A DNA stretch of 63,326 nucleotides, filler included. It is 9 parts of 9 records of this genome, joined end to end, with 100 filler letters (N's around TTAATTAATTAA, not from the genome) between each part and the next. Parts side by side here need not be neighbours in the genome. Positions count along the whole stretch, not along the records: positions 44,931 to 49,934 come from SRR31156797_60480; positions 50,035 to 63,326 come from SRR31156797_60508; 7 more parts are not named here. The stretch is one strand, 5' to 3'. A program made the position numbers and the translations under genes. The notes beneath the pieces are model-generated. The model searched no databases. It saw only the letters and a program-made list of their open reading frames with translations, and had not been told where the DNA came from. Below are positions 48,393-58,174 of the stretch, one piece after another (the stretch's first letter is position 1; the number at the start of each line of letters is the position of its first letter).

Positions 48393-49934
48393 TGGCAGTC
48401 AGTACCCCTATTCTCGGATTGGCTGTACTGGCCTACATGATGGTGGTTTTCTACCTGGGCTGGGTAGGCTATAAACAAACAAAGGACAATGACGATTACA
48501 TGCTTGCAGGAAGGAAAGTTAATCCTTTCGTGCTGGCGTTCTCCTATGGTGCTGCATTTATCAGCACATCGGCGATCATAGGATTTGGAGGATATGCCGC
48601 TGCATTTGGTCTTGGAATACTGTGGCTGGTTTTCATGAACATCGTTGTGGGAATCTTCATTGCTTTTGTAGTATTCGGATCACGAACCAGACGCATGGGT
48701 GCAAACCTTAAGGCTGTCACTTTCCCGGAACTGATAGGAAAGAGATTCCAGTCAAGGTTCATCCAGGGTTTCTCAGGTGCACTGATCACATTGTTCATGC
48801 CGCTCTATGCAGGCAGTGTACTGATCGGTGGTGCACGCTTCATGGAAACCGCCCTTAATATTGATTATAATATTGCTATCCTTATTCTTGCTATTATAGT
48901 CGCAGCCTACGTAATTACAGGCGGACTTATTGCTGTTATGTATACCGATGCGCTCCAGGGCGTACTGATGTTTATTGGAATGGCCATATTGCTTATCTTT
49001 ACTTACTCAAAGCTTGGAGGAGTGACTGAAGCGCACCAGGCCCTCACAAATCTGGCCCCCCTTGTGCCGGATAACCTTGCAGCCATCGGACATACCGGAT
49101 GGACGACCATGCCGGAATTCAATTCACCGACCTGGTGGACACTGGTATCAACCATCATTCTTGGTGTTGGTATCGGAGTACTTGCACAGCCACAGCTTGC
49201 AGTTCGTTTCATGACCGTAAGGAACACCCGTGCACTGAAAAGAGCAGTTCTTTCAGGTGGACCTTTCATCTTCATGATGGCAGGTGTAGCATATATCGTA
49301 GGAGCACTGTCAAATGTTTACTTCTTTGACACCCAGGGAATGATATCCCTTGAAGTTGCAGGCGGCAATATTGACAAGATAATGCCTGAATATATCAACA
49401 CTGCAATGCCGGATTATTTCGTGGTCTTCTTCCTGCTGACCCTGCTGGCAGCAGCCATGTCAACCCTGAGTTCCCAGTTCCACGCTATGGGTACTGCTTT
49501 TGGACATGACTTCTACCGCGAAGGTATTATGAAAGGTAAGATCGGAAAGACGATCAACGTTACAAGAGCCGGTATCGCTGCAACGATCTTCATCAGCGTT
49601 GTACTTGCATACATTCTCCCACCGGGAATAATCGCAAGGGCAACAGCGATCTTCTTCGGACTCTGTGCAGCAGCATTCCTGCCAATGTATTCAGGAGCTA
49701 TCTTCTGGAAACGCATGACAAAGCAGGGAGCAACTGCAAGCCTGCTTGTGGGAACCTTTGCAAGTCTTTTCTGGCTCACATTCGTACATGGAAAGGAAGC
49801 AGCAGCACTTGGAATCAGCCAGGCAATCTTTGGTCAGGCAACCCTGCTCACCGGAACATGGACCGTGATCGATCCAATCCTTGTGGCTACACCACTGTCG
49901 TTTTTGGTTGCTATTGTCGTAAGTCTCATGACAA
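48392..49934 (+). CDS. Sodium:solute symporter family protein (3' truncated)
   Basis: DYMLAGR, STSAIIG, GGLIAVMYTDALQ, QPQLAVRF, LAAAMSTLSS. Confidence 0.93.
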
Positions 49935-50034
49935 NNNNNNNNNNNNNNNNNNNNNNNNNNNNNNNNNNNNNNNNNNNNTTAATTAATTAANNNNNNNNNN
50001 NNNNNNNNNNNNNNNNNNNNNNNNNNNNNNNNNN
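49935..50034. other. Artificial contig spacer
   Basis: N run + TTAATTAATTAA + N run. Confidence 0.98.
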
Positions 50035-50225
50035 TCCATTTTCAACTGCCGGACGGTCATCGTCGTCAGCGTGCGAACCAGCGGCAGTTCGCGGTCGTTG
50101 ACATTGGTCAACTCGCCGCCCAGCCGCGAAATCGAGAAGACCGCAACGCCTGCCACCGCGAGGGTGATCGCGAAACCGACAATGACCAAGGCAACCAGGC
50201 GGGTCGATATTTTCATTGTTTTCAA
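50035..50225 (-). CDS. N-terminus of a membrane sensor (MCP-like; truncated)
   Basis: MKISTRL + TM helix + start of a four-helix sensor (…DRELP). Confidence 0.6.
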
Positions 50226-50352
50226 GATCCGCGAATAGCCGGGGCACCGGCCCCTGTCACATTCTCTTTATACGCCATTTCGAGGCGTGCCCGGCATGGC
50301 ATGTTTTATCTGCGGCCCCGGTTTGCAACCGGGGGCTGATCCGTCGCGCTTC

Positions 50353-50733
50353 CTAGGCCGGGGTTTTGCCGCCGATGAAGCCCTCGACGGTTTCGCCGAA
50401 GGTTTTGGCATCGAGCGGTTTGACGATATAGCCGTCGGCACCGAATTCGCGGGCCCGTTCCTGCCAATATGGGTTTTCGCGGGCTGAAACGAAGACGATG
50501 GTCATGGCGCCGAGGTCCTTTCGTGCCCGCAGTTCCGCACACAGATGCAGCCCGTCCAGTTCGGCCATCATCAGGTCGGTCAGAACGCAGTCCGGCTTCT
50601 GTTGGACGATCTTCGGGATGGCGTCGGTCCCGGCAAGACTGGATTCGACGCGGTGTCCGCGCGCCTGCAGCATCACGGTCATGATCTCGATCATATCCGG
50701 ATCGTCGTCGACGATGAAAATTCTATGGGCCAT
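50353..50733 (-). CDS. Single-domain response regulator
   Basis: IVDDD, TDLMM..LDG, FVSA, YIVKP. Confidence 0.92.
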   Translation of the reverse strand: MAHRIFIVDDDPDMIEIMTVMLQARGHRVESSLAGTDAIPKIVQQKPDCVLTDLMMAELDGLHLCAELRARKDLGAMTIVFVSARENPYWQERAREFGADGYIVKPLDAKTFGETVEGFIGGKTPA

Positions 50734-50767
50734 GCGGTATCGGTCTCCTTCAAAACGACCGAGAGCG

Positions 50768-51928
50768 TTACTTGGGGGTTGCCTCGCGGCGGGCCACCGC
50801 GGCATTCGCCAGAACCGTGTTCGATTCACTGCGGCGGTTCAGAGTCCTCAGGATTGCGACATAGTTCTGCGTCGCCCGGCGGACCGCCCGGTGATTCGGC
50901 CCGAAGGCCTTCTGGCGGATTTCCATCACTCTCTTGAACAGGGGCTCGGTGGCTTCCGTCCTGCCGGTGCGCCGCAGCAGCTGCGCCAGATTGTTCAGGT
51001 CGCCGGCGACGTCGGGATGGTCGCCGCCGAGTGCTTTTTCATCGATGGCGAGGGCCCGGCGGTACAGCTTTTCGGCTCCTTCGACGTCACCCATGGCGTT
51101 GCGGATCGCCGCTTGGCGGCTCAAGGCCCGGGCCAGGTCCGGATGACCGGCGCCGACCTCGCCGGCCGTCGTGCGGATCGCCTTTTCCATGATCGCGGTG
51201 GCTTCCTGATGGTTGCCGGCGCGGAACAGGGCGGTTCCGTGTTTGGTCAGAATCGGGGCCAGGCCGTCGGACCCGTCCTTTTGCACGTATTCGGCAGCCC
51301 GTCCGAAATGCCGGGCTGCGGCCTCATAGTGGCGCCGGGCCATTTCCAGGTCGCCGGCAAGGACGGCGGTGCGGACGGCCTGGGCCCGCTGGTTTTCCGA
51401 CAACCCGGCCGAGATGCGCGCCATCGCGACAAGGCGGCCGCGGGTCTGATCGAGCATGGATACGGTGCCGTCAAGGTCGCCTTCGTCGAGACAGCGTTCG
51501 GCGGCGCCGACCAGAGGCGACGTTTCCGTGTGTCCTTCCGACAGCGATTTCAGCGTCTCGCGCACGGTTCCGAGGGTGCCGTCGAAGGCGCGAAGGCGCA
51601 TGTTCAAGTCGGCCCCCGTCAGCCCCTGTTGTTCAAGTCCCCGGCGCAAAGCCTCGCGCGCCGGTGTCGCCGAAACCGTCTTCGGCGCCGGCAGCATTTC
51701 CATCGGCGGTGGCGGCGGTTCCTGGTGGCGGCGGCGGCCGACCACCATCCCCAGCAGGATGCCGAAGACAAGTGCCGCAACGGTGGTTGCGATCAGGGCG
51801 ATTCCGGCCGGGGTCGCGGCGCTTTCCGCAATTGCCTTTACGGTCGGATCGTCGGCAATATTCTGCCAAGGCGCAGTATCGATAAATTGGTGCCAGCCGG
51901 CGACGATGCGGTCGAACCATTCGGCCAT
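50768..51928 (-). CDS. Membrane-anchored TPR protein
   Basis: TM segment, Pro-rich linker, C-terminal TPRs (HPDVAGDLNNLA); start uncertain. Confidence 0.8.
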   Translation of the reverse strand: MAEWFDRIVAGWHQFIDTAPWQNIADDPTVKAIAESAATPAGIALIATTVAALVFGILLGMVVGRRRHQEPPPPPMEMLPAPKTVSATPAREALRRGLEQQGLTGADLNMRLRAFDGTLGTVRETLKSLSEGHTETSPLVGAAERCLDEGDLDGTVSMLDQTRGRLVAMARISAGLSENQRAQAVRTAVLAGDLEMARRHYEAAARHFGRAAEYVQKDGSDGLAPILTKHGTALFRAGNHQEATAIMEKAIRTTAGEVGAGHPDLARALSRQAAIRNAMGDVEGAEKLYRRALAIDEKALGGDHPDVAGDLNNLAQLLRRTGRTEATEPLFKRVMEIRQKAFGPNHRAVRRATQNYVAILRTLNRRSESNTVLANAAVARREATPK

Positions 51929-52049
51929 GTGGAGACGCCCTAGCTCTTTGAAAACAAACGCGATCATACTTGCATGACGGAACGCTGGCAACCGGTCGGT
52001 CGACGCGTGGGCATTGACGGGCAGGTCCAAGATCAGCAGACTTCCGGCC

Positions 52050-53060
52050 ATGTTTTCCTACGGCATTTTTGGCGGTGTCTACGGATTCGATCCGGCGGTC
52101 CTGTTGCTGTCGGCGATGGCGCTGGATGCCGCGCTCGGCGGGTTTACCGCGGTTTTCCGGCGCTTTCCGCATCCCGAGGCGTGGCTGCGGGGGTTCGTTT
52201 CCGGGCTTGAGCGCAAGCTCAACCGAGAAAAAAGAACCGCCCTGGACCGGGCCGTCCGCGGTGCCCTGGTCGCCGTAATCGGGGTTGCGGCGGCCGTCGC
52301 CGTCGGTGGTGCCGTCGCCTGGCTTGGGCGGAATCACGATTTCGGCTGGATCGTCGAGTTGCTCCTGATCGCCGTCCTGATCGATCAGCGGGCCTGCCAA
52401 ACCCGTATTCGCGCCGTTGGCCGGTCGCTCGCCGACGGCAGCCTCGAACAGGCGCGCGAAAACCTGCAGGCGCTGACCTTCCGCGATACCGCCCGAATGG
52501 ACGATCACGGCGTCATCCGGACGGCCCTGGAGATCGGCGCCGAGAACGTCTGTTCGGGGGCGGTCGCGCCGATCTTCTGGTATGCCGTTTTCGGCCTGCC
52601 GGGAATGGCGCTGTGTCGGGCCCTGACGGTCATGAACCGCACGATCGGGCATTCGTCGGCGCGCTATCGCGCCTTCGGCATGACGGCGGCCCGCCTCAAC
52701 GATGTCGCCCAGTTGGTGCCGGCCCGCCTGACCGGGTTGTTCCTGGCCGGCGCCGCCGTTTTTGCGCCGACGGCGCGCCCCGGCGCCTCCTTTTCGACCA
52801 TGCTCCGCGAGGCCCGGAAATACCCGGCGCCGGGTGCCGGCTGGCCGGTTGCCGCCGTTGCCGGGGCGCTCGGCCTGTCGCTGGGCGGGCCGCGCCACTA
52901 TGCGGAACGCACGACCGAGGACGCCTGGATCGGCACCGGCACGGCCCGGGTCGAGGCCGGCCATCTGCGACGCGGTCTCTATCTGTTCGCGGTGGCGCGT
53001 CTGATCAACGTCATGCTGGTGGCGGTGTTCGCGGTGTTGCGTTACGGCGTCGCGCTTTGA
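52050..53060 (+). CDS. cobD: Adenosylcobinamide-phosphate synthase CbiB/CobD
   Basis: LD…G…HP, RDT..MD, E..AEN…VAPIFW, FG..AARL.D…PARL, AGWP.AA.AGALG..LGG. Confidence 0.85.
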   Translation: MFSYGIFGGVYGFDPAVLLLSAMALDAALGGFTAVFRRFPHPEAWLRGFVSGLERKLNREKRTALDRAVRGALVAVIGVAAAVAVGGAVAWLGRNHDFGWIVELLLIAVLIDQRACQTRIRAVGRSLADGSLEQARENLQALTFRDTARMDDHGVIRTALEIGAENVCSGAVAPIFWYAVFGLPGMALCRALTVMNRTIGHSSARYRAFGMTAARLNDVAQLVPARLTGLFLAGAAVFAPTARPGASFSTMLREARKYPAPGAGWPVAAVAGALGLSLGGPRHYAERTTEDAWIGTGTARVEAGHLRRGLYLFAVARLINVMLVAVFAVLRYGVAL

Positions 53061-53073
53061 CGGCGTTCGGGTT

Positions 53074-53769
53074 CTATCTCAACTGAAGCGATTGCCGCAG
53101 GCCGTCGGCCCGGGGATTGGCCAGGGTGCCGCCGAAGAGGATGGCTTCCGGCGTCGCCCCGGTCCCGTAGAAGGCTTGGTTGTAATCGTTGCGGCGGGCC
53201 AGCACGGCGCCTTCGACCGAGCCGCCGGCATAGGCCCCGGCCGAATAGGAAAAGGCGACGACGTCGGCGCCGATATTGGCGGTGGTCGCCCCTTCCATGC
53301 CGCCGCCGATGGTGCCGACCGTCACTTCGACGTCGGCGCCCAGTTTGCCCTGGTGTTCGACGATGGCCCGGACCGCATCCTGCGACCGGATGACGAGAAC
53401 CATTTCGGTTACCTGGCCGCCGATCTGAAAGCCGATGCTGCCGGCCCCCATGGTGTAGAAGGCCGGCGCGCTCCAGCCGCCGTCGGGCGTGCGCGACAGC
53501 AACACGCCGTCGCCGTATTCGGCGCCGATGATGAAGCCGGCCTTCAAGGCGCCGGGGAAAATGGCCACACCCTGGGCGTCGGCCATCATGTCGCGGAACA
53601 GCTGCATCTGCTTGTCGCGGCGCTGTTTGAAGGTCTCGACGGTCCAGCGCGCCTTGTCGATCAGGGCTTCGGCCTTGGTCGTGACGGGAACCGAGCGGCT
53701 GCACGCGGTCAGCGCCAGGAAGGCCGCGAGGATGACGGCAACGACGGAAATCTTTCGCATTTTGGACAC
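53074..53769 (-). CDS. Lipid-binding SYLF (Ysc84) domain lipoprotein
   Basis: Lipobox LTA-C; KAGFIIG.EYG.G, WSAPAF, GSIGFQIG, N.AFYG. Confidence 0.9.
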   Translation of the reverse strand: MSKMRKISVVAVILAAFLALTACSRSVPVTTKAEALIDKARWTVETFKQRRDKQMQLFRDMMADAQGVAIFPGALKAGFIIGAEYGDGVLLSRTPDGGWSAPAFYTMGAGSIGFQIGGQVTEMVLVIRSQDAVRAIVEHQGKLGADVEVTVGTIGGGMEGATTANIGADVVAFSYSAGAYAGGSVEGAVLARRNDYNQAFYGTGATPEAILFGGTLANPRADGLRQSLQLR

Positions 53770-53879
53770 TCCCCGGCGGGGTTGAAGGAGATGGGCTCGT
53801 CGATGTTCCGAACCGGTGTCAGCCTAGCACGCCGCCGCCGTGCTGGCCAGCCGATGCGACGGGAAACGAGCAAGCCGAT

Positions 53880-55163
53880 TCACGCCGCGGTGGCGAAATC
53901 GGCAAGGGTGAAGACTTCCTGCTCGTGGCCGACGCCGCGCAGGCTGTGATGGCCCAGCGATACATAGTTTTCCGGTAAGACGCGGGCCAGTTCGGATGAA
54001 ATCAGCAGCGGCTGGCCCAGGGGCTTGCACATGGCTTCGATGCGCGACGCTTCGTTGGCGGCGGCGCCGATGACCGAAAATTCAAGGCGTTCCGGCACCC
54101 CGATATTGCCGTACATCACCTCGCCCAGATGCAGCCCGATGCCGAACCCGAGCGGCGGCTGGCCGTCGGTGTCCCGGCGCGCGTTCAATTCGCCGATCCG
54201 GGCCATGGCGCCGCGCGCCGCTTTCAGCGCCGATCGGCAGGCCGCCCGGTGTTCCGGGCACAAATCGGGCCGGTCGGTCTGCGACGAGATCGGAAAGATC
54301 GCCAGGACCGCGTCGCCGATGAAGCGCAGGACCTCGCCGCCCTCTTCGAGGACGGCGCCGGCCATGCATTCGAAAAAGCCGTTCAGCAGGTCGAGGAATT
54401 CGGCCCGCAGCATCGAATCGGCCAGCGGCGTCGAGCCGCGCAGGTCGCAAAACCAGATGATGGCGTGGATGTCGTCGCCGTCGCCGCGCTTGATCGATCC
54501 GTTGAGGACCCGCTCGCCGGTCTGCCGTCCGAGATAGGTATCCAGGATGCTGCGCGCCGTATGGCGCATGGAATGGACCTCGATGATCCGGCCCAGCGCC
54601 GGCAGCATACCGTACAGATGTTCGAGCTCGGACGTCGTCAGGCCGCCGGGGCGATCGGCCGTAAAGGTGATGACGTTGATCTTGCCGTCGCAGAACAATA
54701 CCGGCATGGCGACGTAGTCGGTGGCGCCCTCGTCGCGGAGGTCCTTAAGGATGGGAAAGTCCAGGACCGCGTCGGGGATGTCCAGGCGCCGCCGGATGGC
54801 GCCGGCGCCGTTGAAGATCTCGGCATAGGGGCTGTTCAGGTAGGCGTCGGATTCAAGGACGCTGTAAGGTGCCGAATATTCCTCGATGTCGTCGCTGCCG
54901 CGCTGCCAGGTATAGCTGGTGCCGATCACCTGCGGATGCAGGACCCGGATGTTGATGCGGACCCGCGTCAGCGGCAGGCCGAGTTCTTGCATCTGTTGGC
55001 AAAGCCGGCGGGTGAAGTCCTTCGGGTCGGGGATTTGCCAGCCTTCATCGAGAATCCAGGAAACCAGCGGATTGGCATGAACGGTTCCGAAAAAGCTCGC
55101 CGGAGTGGCGACGGCGGTGGTATCGGCCATGGTGTCGGTCCCTCTCGCTCGGGCCGTCATCAT
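53880..55163 (-). CDS. Class III adenylate/guanylate cyclase with N-terminal GAF-like domain
   Basis: FCDLRGST, FIGDAV, GIGLHLG, FSVIGAAANEASRIE. Confidence 0.9.
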   Translation of the reverse strand: MMTARARGTDTMADTTAVATPASFFGTVHANPLVSWILDEGWQIPDPKDFTRRLCQQMQELGLPLTRVRINIRVLHPQVIGTSYTWQRGSDDIEEYSAPYSVLESDAYLNSPYAEIFNGAGAIRRRLDIPDAVLDFPILKDLRDEGATDYVAMPVLFCDGKINVITFTADRPGGLTTSELEHLYGMLPALGRIIEVHSMRHTARSILDTYLGRQTGERVLNGSIKRGDGDDIHAIIWFCDLRGSTPLADSMLRAEFLDLLNGFFECMAGAVLEEGGEVLRFIGDAVLAIFPISSQTDRPDLCPEHRAACRSALKAARGAMARIGELNARRDTDGQPPLGFGIGLHLGEVMYGNIGVPERLEFSVIGAAANEASRIEAMCKPLGQPLLISSELARVLPENYVSLGHHSLRGVGHEQEVFTLADFATAA

Positions 55164-55253
55164 CTCGGGCCCGATTCCTGTGCCAACATATGGTTATGTT
55201 TGATCGCTTTTTCGATGCTCCCGGGCGCCGCCGAAGCGGTCGCCGGCGGCCTT

Positions 55254-56084
55254 CTATTCGCCCTGCTGCAGAAGCAGGCCGCGGGTCCGGGCTTGCCGGA
55301 ACATGAACAGGAAAAAGGCCGTGCTCAGGCCCAGGTAAAGAATGTTGAAGCCGACGGCGCCGGCGAACAGGACCCAGTCGAACCGGTTGTCGAACAGCAC
55401 TCCGCGCATGCCCTCGAAGACGTAGGCCGACGGCAGCGACCAGGAAACCGGCTGTAGCCAGCCGGGCAGGGTGGCGATCGGGTAATAGACGCCGCTGATC
55501 GGCGCCAGGAAGAAGATCCCCAGCCAGCACAGGCTTTCCATGCCCAGCCCGTAGCGCATCAACAGGCCCGACACGATCAGGCCGACGCTCCAACCAAGCA
55601 CCAGCAGGTTGGCGAAAAAGGCGATCAGCGGAGGCCCCATCGAGAACACCCAGACGTCGTAGAACGGCAACGCCAACAGGGACGCCGGCGTGATGCTGAT
55701 GGTCGTGCGGATCGTGCTCATGATCATCAGCGCCGCGACCATTTCGTAGGGCCGCAACGGGCTGACGAAAAGCTGCCCCAGGTTGCGCGACCACATCTCC
55801 TCGATAAAGGAAATCGACAGGCCGAGATTGGCCCGGAACAGCACGTCCCACAGCAGTACGCCGGAAATCAGAACCCCGGCCGCCTGCGCCACCCAGGAAC
55901 TGTGCGACAGGAAAAAGACGGTGATGAAGCCCCACAGGATCATCTGCATGGTCGGCCAATAGGCCAGCTCGATGATGCGCGGCCACGACCGCCGCAGCAC
56001 GTACAGGTGGCGCAGCAGCATCGCCCAGATGCGGCGCCACGAGAACCAGCGGATTCTGACGATCTTTTTTTCCTGCGGCGTCAT
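55254..56084 (-). CDS. ABC-2 type transporter permease
   Basis: Six TM segments, EE.WSRNL, SGVYYP…LP.WLQ. Confidence 0.9.
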   Translation of the reverse strand: MTPQEKKIVRIRWFSWRRIWAMLLRHLYVLRRSWPRIIELAYWPTMQMILWGFITVFFLSHSSWVAQAAGVLISGVLLWDVLFRANLGLSISFIEEMWSRNLGQLFVSPLRPYEMVAALMIMSTIRTTISITPASLLALPFYDVWVFSMGPPLIAFFANLLVLGWSVGLIVSGLLMRYGLGMESLCWLGIFFLAPISGVYYPIATLPGWLQPVSWSLPSAYVFEGMRGVLFDNRFDWVLFAGAVGFNILYLGLSTAFFLFMFRQARTRGLLLQQGE

Positions 56085-56899
56085 GGTGTCGGCGCCCCGG
56101 CCGGTTCGCCGGTCCCGGATCTTCGGTTGCGGGCGATGTCGAGAAACACTTCCTCGAGGGTGTCACGGCCGTAACGGGAAATCAGATCGGGCGGCGATCC
56201 GGCATCGACGATCCGCCCCGTGCGCATCATCAGGACGCCGTCACATAAACGCTCGACCTCGGCCATGTTGTGCGATGCCAACACGATGGTGGCGCCGGTT
56301 TGCCGCCGATAGGTTTCCAGATAGCCGCGTACCCAATCGCCGGTGTCGGGATCGAGCGACGCCGTCGGTTCGTCCAGCAGCAACAGGTCGGGCTCGTTCA
56401 AAAGCGCCTTGGCCAGGGCGACCCGGGTTTTCTGGCCGGCCGACAGGGTGCCGGTCGGCTTTTTCAGAAAGGCCGCGATGTCGAGGTCCCGGGCCAACAC
56501 GTCGATGCGATCGCGAACCCGGTCCAAACCGTACAGATGGCCGTACACGGTCAGGTTCTCGACGACGCTCAGGCGGCGCGGCAGATCGACATAGGGCGAT
56601 GAAAAATTGAGCCGCGGCAGCACCCGGTGGCGATGCCGGGCCATGTCTTCGCCGAACACCCGGACCGACCCGCCGCTCGGCAGCAGCAGGCCCAGCATCA
56701 TCGAAATGGTCGTTGTCTTGCCGGCGCCGTTGCCGCCGAGAAGGGCGACCGTCGATCCGCGCGGAACGACGAAAGAGAGGCCGTCGACGGCGCGTACGTC
56801 GCCGAAAACCTTGCTCAATCCGTCGGCGATGACGACGGCGTCAGCGTAAGTGTCCGGGCCGGCTGGATCGCCGGCCGTCTGCGGCAGGGGGTGGCTCAA
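56081..56899 (-). CDS. ABC transporter ATP-binding protein
   Basis: GGNGAGKTT, LSAGQK, LLLDEP, ASH; TTG start just after the upstream stop. Confidence 0.92.
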   Translation of the reverse strand: MSHPLPQTAGDPAGPDTYADAVVIADGLSKVFGDVRAVDGLSFVVPRGSTVALLGGNGAGKTTTISMMLGLLLPSGGSVRVFGEDMARHRHRVLPRLNFSSPYVDLPRRLSVVENLTVYGHLYGLDRVRDRIDVLARDLDIAAFLKKPTGTLSAGQKTRVALAKALLNEPDLLLLDEPTASLDPDTGDWVRGYLETYRRQTGATIVLASHNMAEVERLCDGVLMMRTGRIVDAGSPPDLISRYGRDTLEEVFLDIARNRRSGTGEPAGAPTP

Positions 56900-56901
56900 G
56901 G

Positions 56902-58161
56902 TCAGCTCCGTTCGATCCGCCGCTTGAGCCGCAGAAGCTCGCGCCGCCGGCCGTCCTCGGCGATCAGGCTTTCGATGTGCCGGCCCTGATAGAACTGAAC
57001 CCCGATCGATTGTCCGAAATCGACGGCCTCGCGGTCGTCGCAACGGCACATGACGACGCGCGACTGGCCGGCCCGGCGGACCATGGCGCGGATATGCTCC
57101 TGCATCTCCTCGCCGCCGTCGACCATTTCCGGATCCCACACCAGCTTGACGAAATCGGCGCCCAGGCGTTCGCGGTCGAGAAGCTGCATGGTCTGATAGG
57201 TCAGGCCGTCGATGCAGATCCGATAGCCGCGCTGCTGGACGAAGTTGCGGGCGAAAAGATAGGCCCCGAGATCGGCGAAGACGTCGGTTTTTTCGATCTC
57301 GACGACCAGGGAACCGCGGCGGCTCGCCGTGACGCTGTCGTCGAAGGCCAGGAAGTCGGGCGACAGCACGGTCGAAACGTTGAGGTTGAAACTGATGTCG
57401 CCGGAAATGGTGATCTGATCGGTTTTCGAGAGCATTGCCAGCATCCGCCGGTCCAGGCTTTCCGTCAGATGGTGGAACAGCCACCGGTTGCCGGTCAGGT
57501 TGACGCCGGGAAGCAGGGTTTCGCGAAGATCGTGGATCGAGATGAACATCTCGCTGAAGGCCGGCTCGGGAACGCCCTTCGGCGTCACCCCGCAGACGAA
57601 CTGGCGGCGCACCATGTTCGACAGGTCGGCCCTGGCCAGGGCGGTTTCGACCCGGTCCAGGACATCCGGAGTCAGCGGCGATCCTTTCGACTGCCTGGAC
57701 TTCAGGGCGGATCGGGTATCGCGTCGGCGGCGCGCCGCGTCGGCATCACCTTTGTCGTTGTCGGCGACGTTTTGGGCGATGCGAAGGATTTTGTCGAACT
57801 CCTCGGCGACGTCGTACCAGGCGGCGAACTTTTTCGATCCTTCGTCTTCCTCGGCCAACAGCGGATCGTCGCTGAACAGGTAGCGGATCTTCTGGATGGC
57901 GACCTCGACGGCGCTTTGCGATTCGGATTTATAGATGAAAAACAGATCCGAACTTTTCAGCGTGAAAAGCTGGCCGGCGAGGCCCTTGATCAGGGGCTCG
58001 AAGCTGTCGGCGGCAACCCGGATGTGATGTTCGCGCCGATTGAACGGGCGCAGGCCGGACAGGTGGATATGAACGGCGCGCCGGCCTTCCTTATGCTTTT
58101 CCAGGCGGCGGACATAGTCCAGCAGCAGGTTTTCCTGACTTTGTCCTTCCTGAGGCGCCAT
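56902..58161 (-). CDS. Degenerate EAL-like domain protein A
   Basis: ISFNLN, LVVEI, GYRICIDG, DFVKL, QG EAL scaffold; EAL and DDFGTG motifs absent. Confidence 0.75.
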   Translation of the reverse strand: MAPQEGQSQENLLLDYVRRLEKHKEGRRAVHIHLSGLRPFNRREHHIRVAADSFEPLIKGLAGQLFTLKSSDLFFIYKSESQSAVEVAIQKIRYLFSDDPLLAEEDEGSKKFAAWYDVAEEFDKILRIAQNVADNDKGDADAARRRRDTRSALKSRQSKGSPLTPDVLDRVETALARADLSNMVRRQFVCGVTPKGVPEPAFSEMFISIHDLRETLLPGVNLTGNRWLFHHLTESLDRRMLAMLSKTDQITISGDISFNLNVSTVLSPDFLAFDDSVTASRRGSLVVEIEKTDVFADLGAYLFARNFVQQRGYRICIDGLTYQTMQLLDRERLGADFVKLVWDPEMVDGGEEMQEHIRAMVRRAGQSRVVMCRCDDREAVDFGQSIGVQFYQGRHIESLIAEDGRRRELLRLKRRIERS

Positions 58162-58174
58162 GCCGTGCCTCTCC

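Noticed and set aside
5613-50034. Eight recurring TTAATTAATTAA elements flanked by N runs, resembling a repeat family
   Set aside because: Identical 100-nt artificial joins with six-frame stops; not biological
53880-55163. Altered nucleotide specificity of the cyclase (Arg instead of Lys in LRFIGD)
   Set aside because: Conservative change, and Ser at the second specificity site fits ordinary class IIIb adenylate cyclases
56900-57484. Long N-terminal extension of the ABC ATPase in the ORF track
   Set aside because: Overlaps the EAL-like gene in another frame; TTG at 56899 gives a normal-sized ATPase
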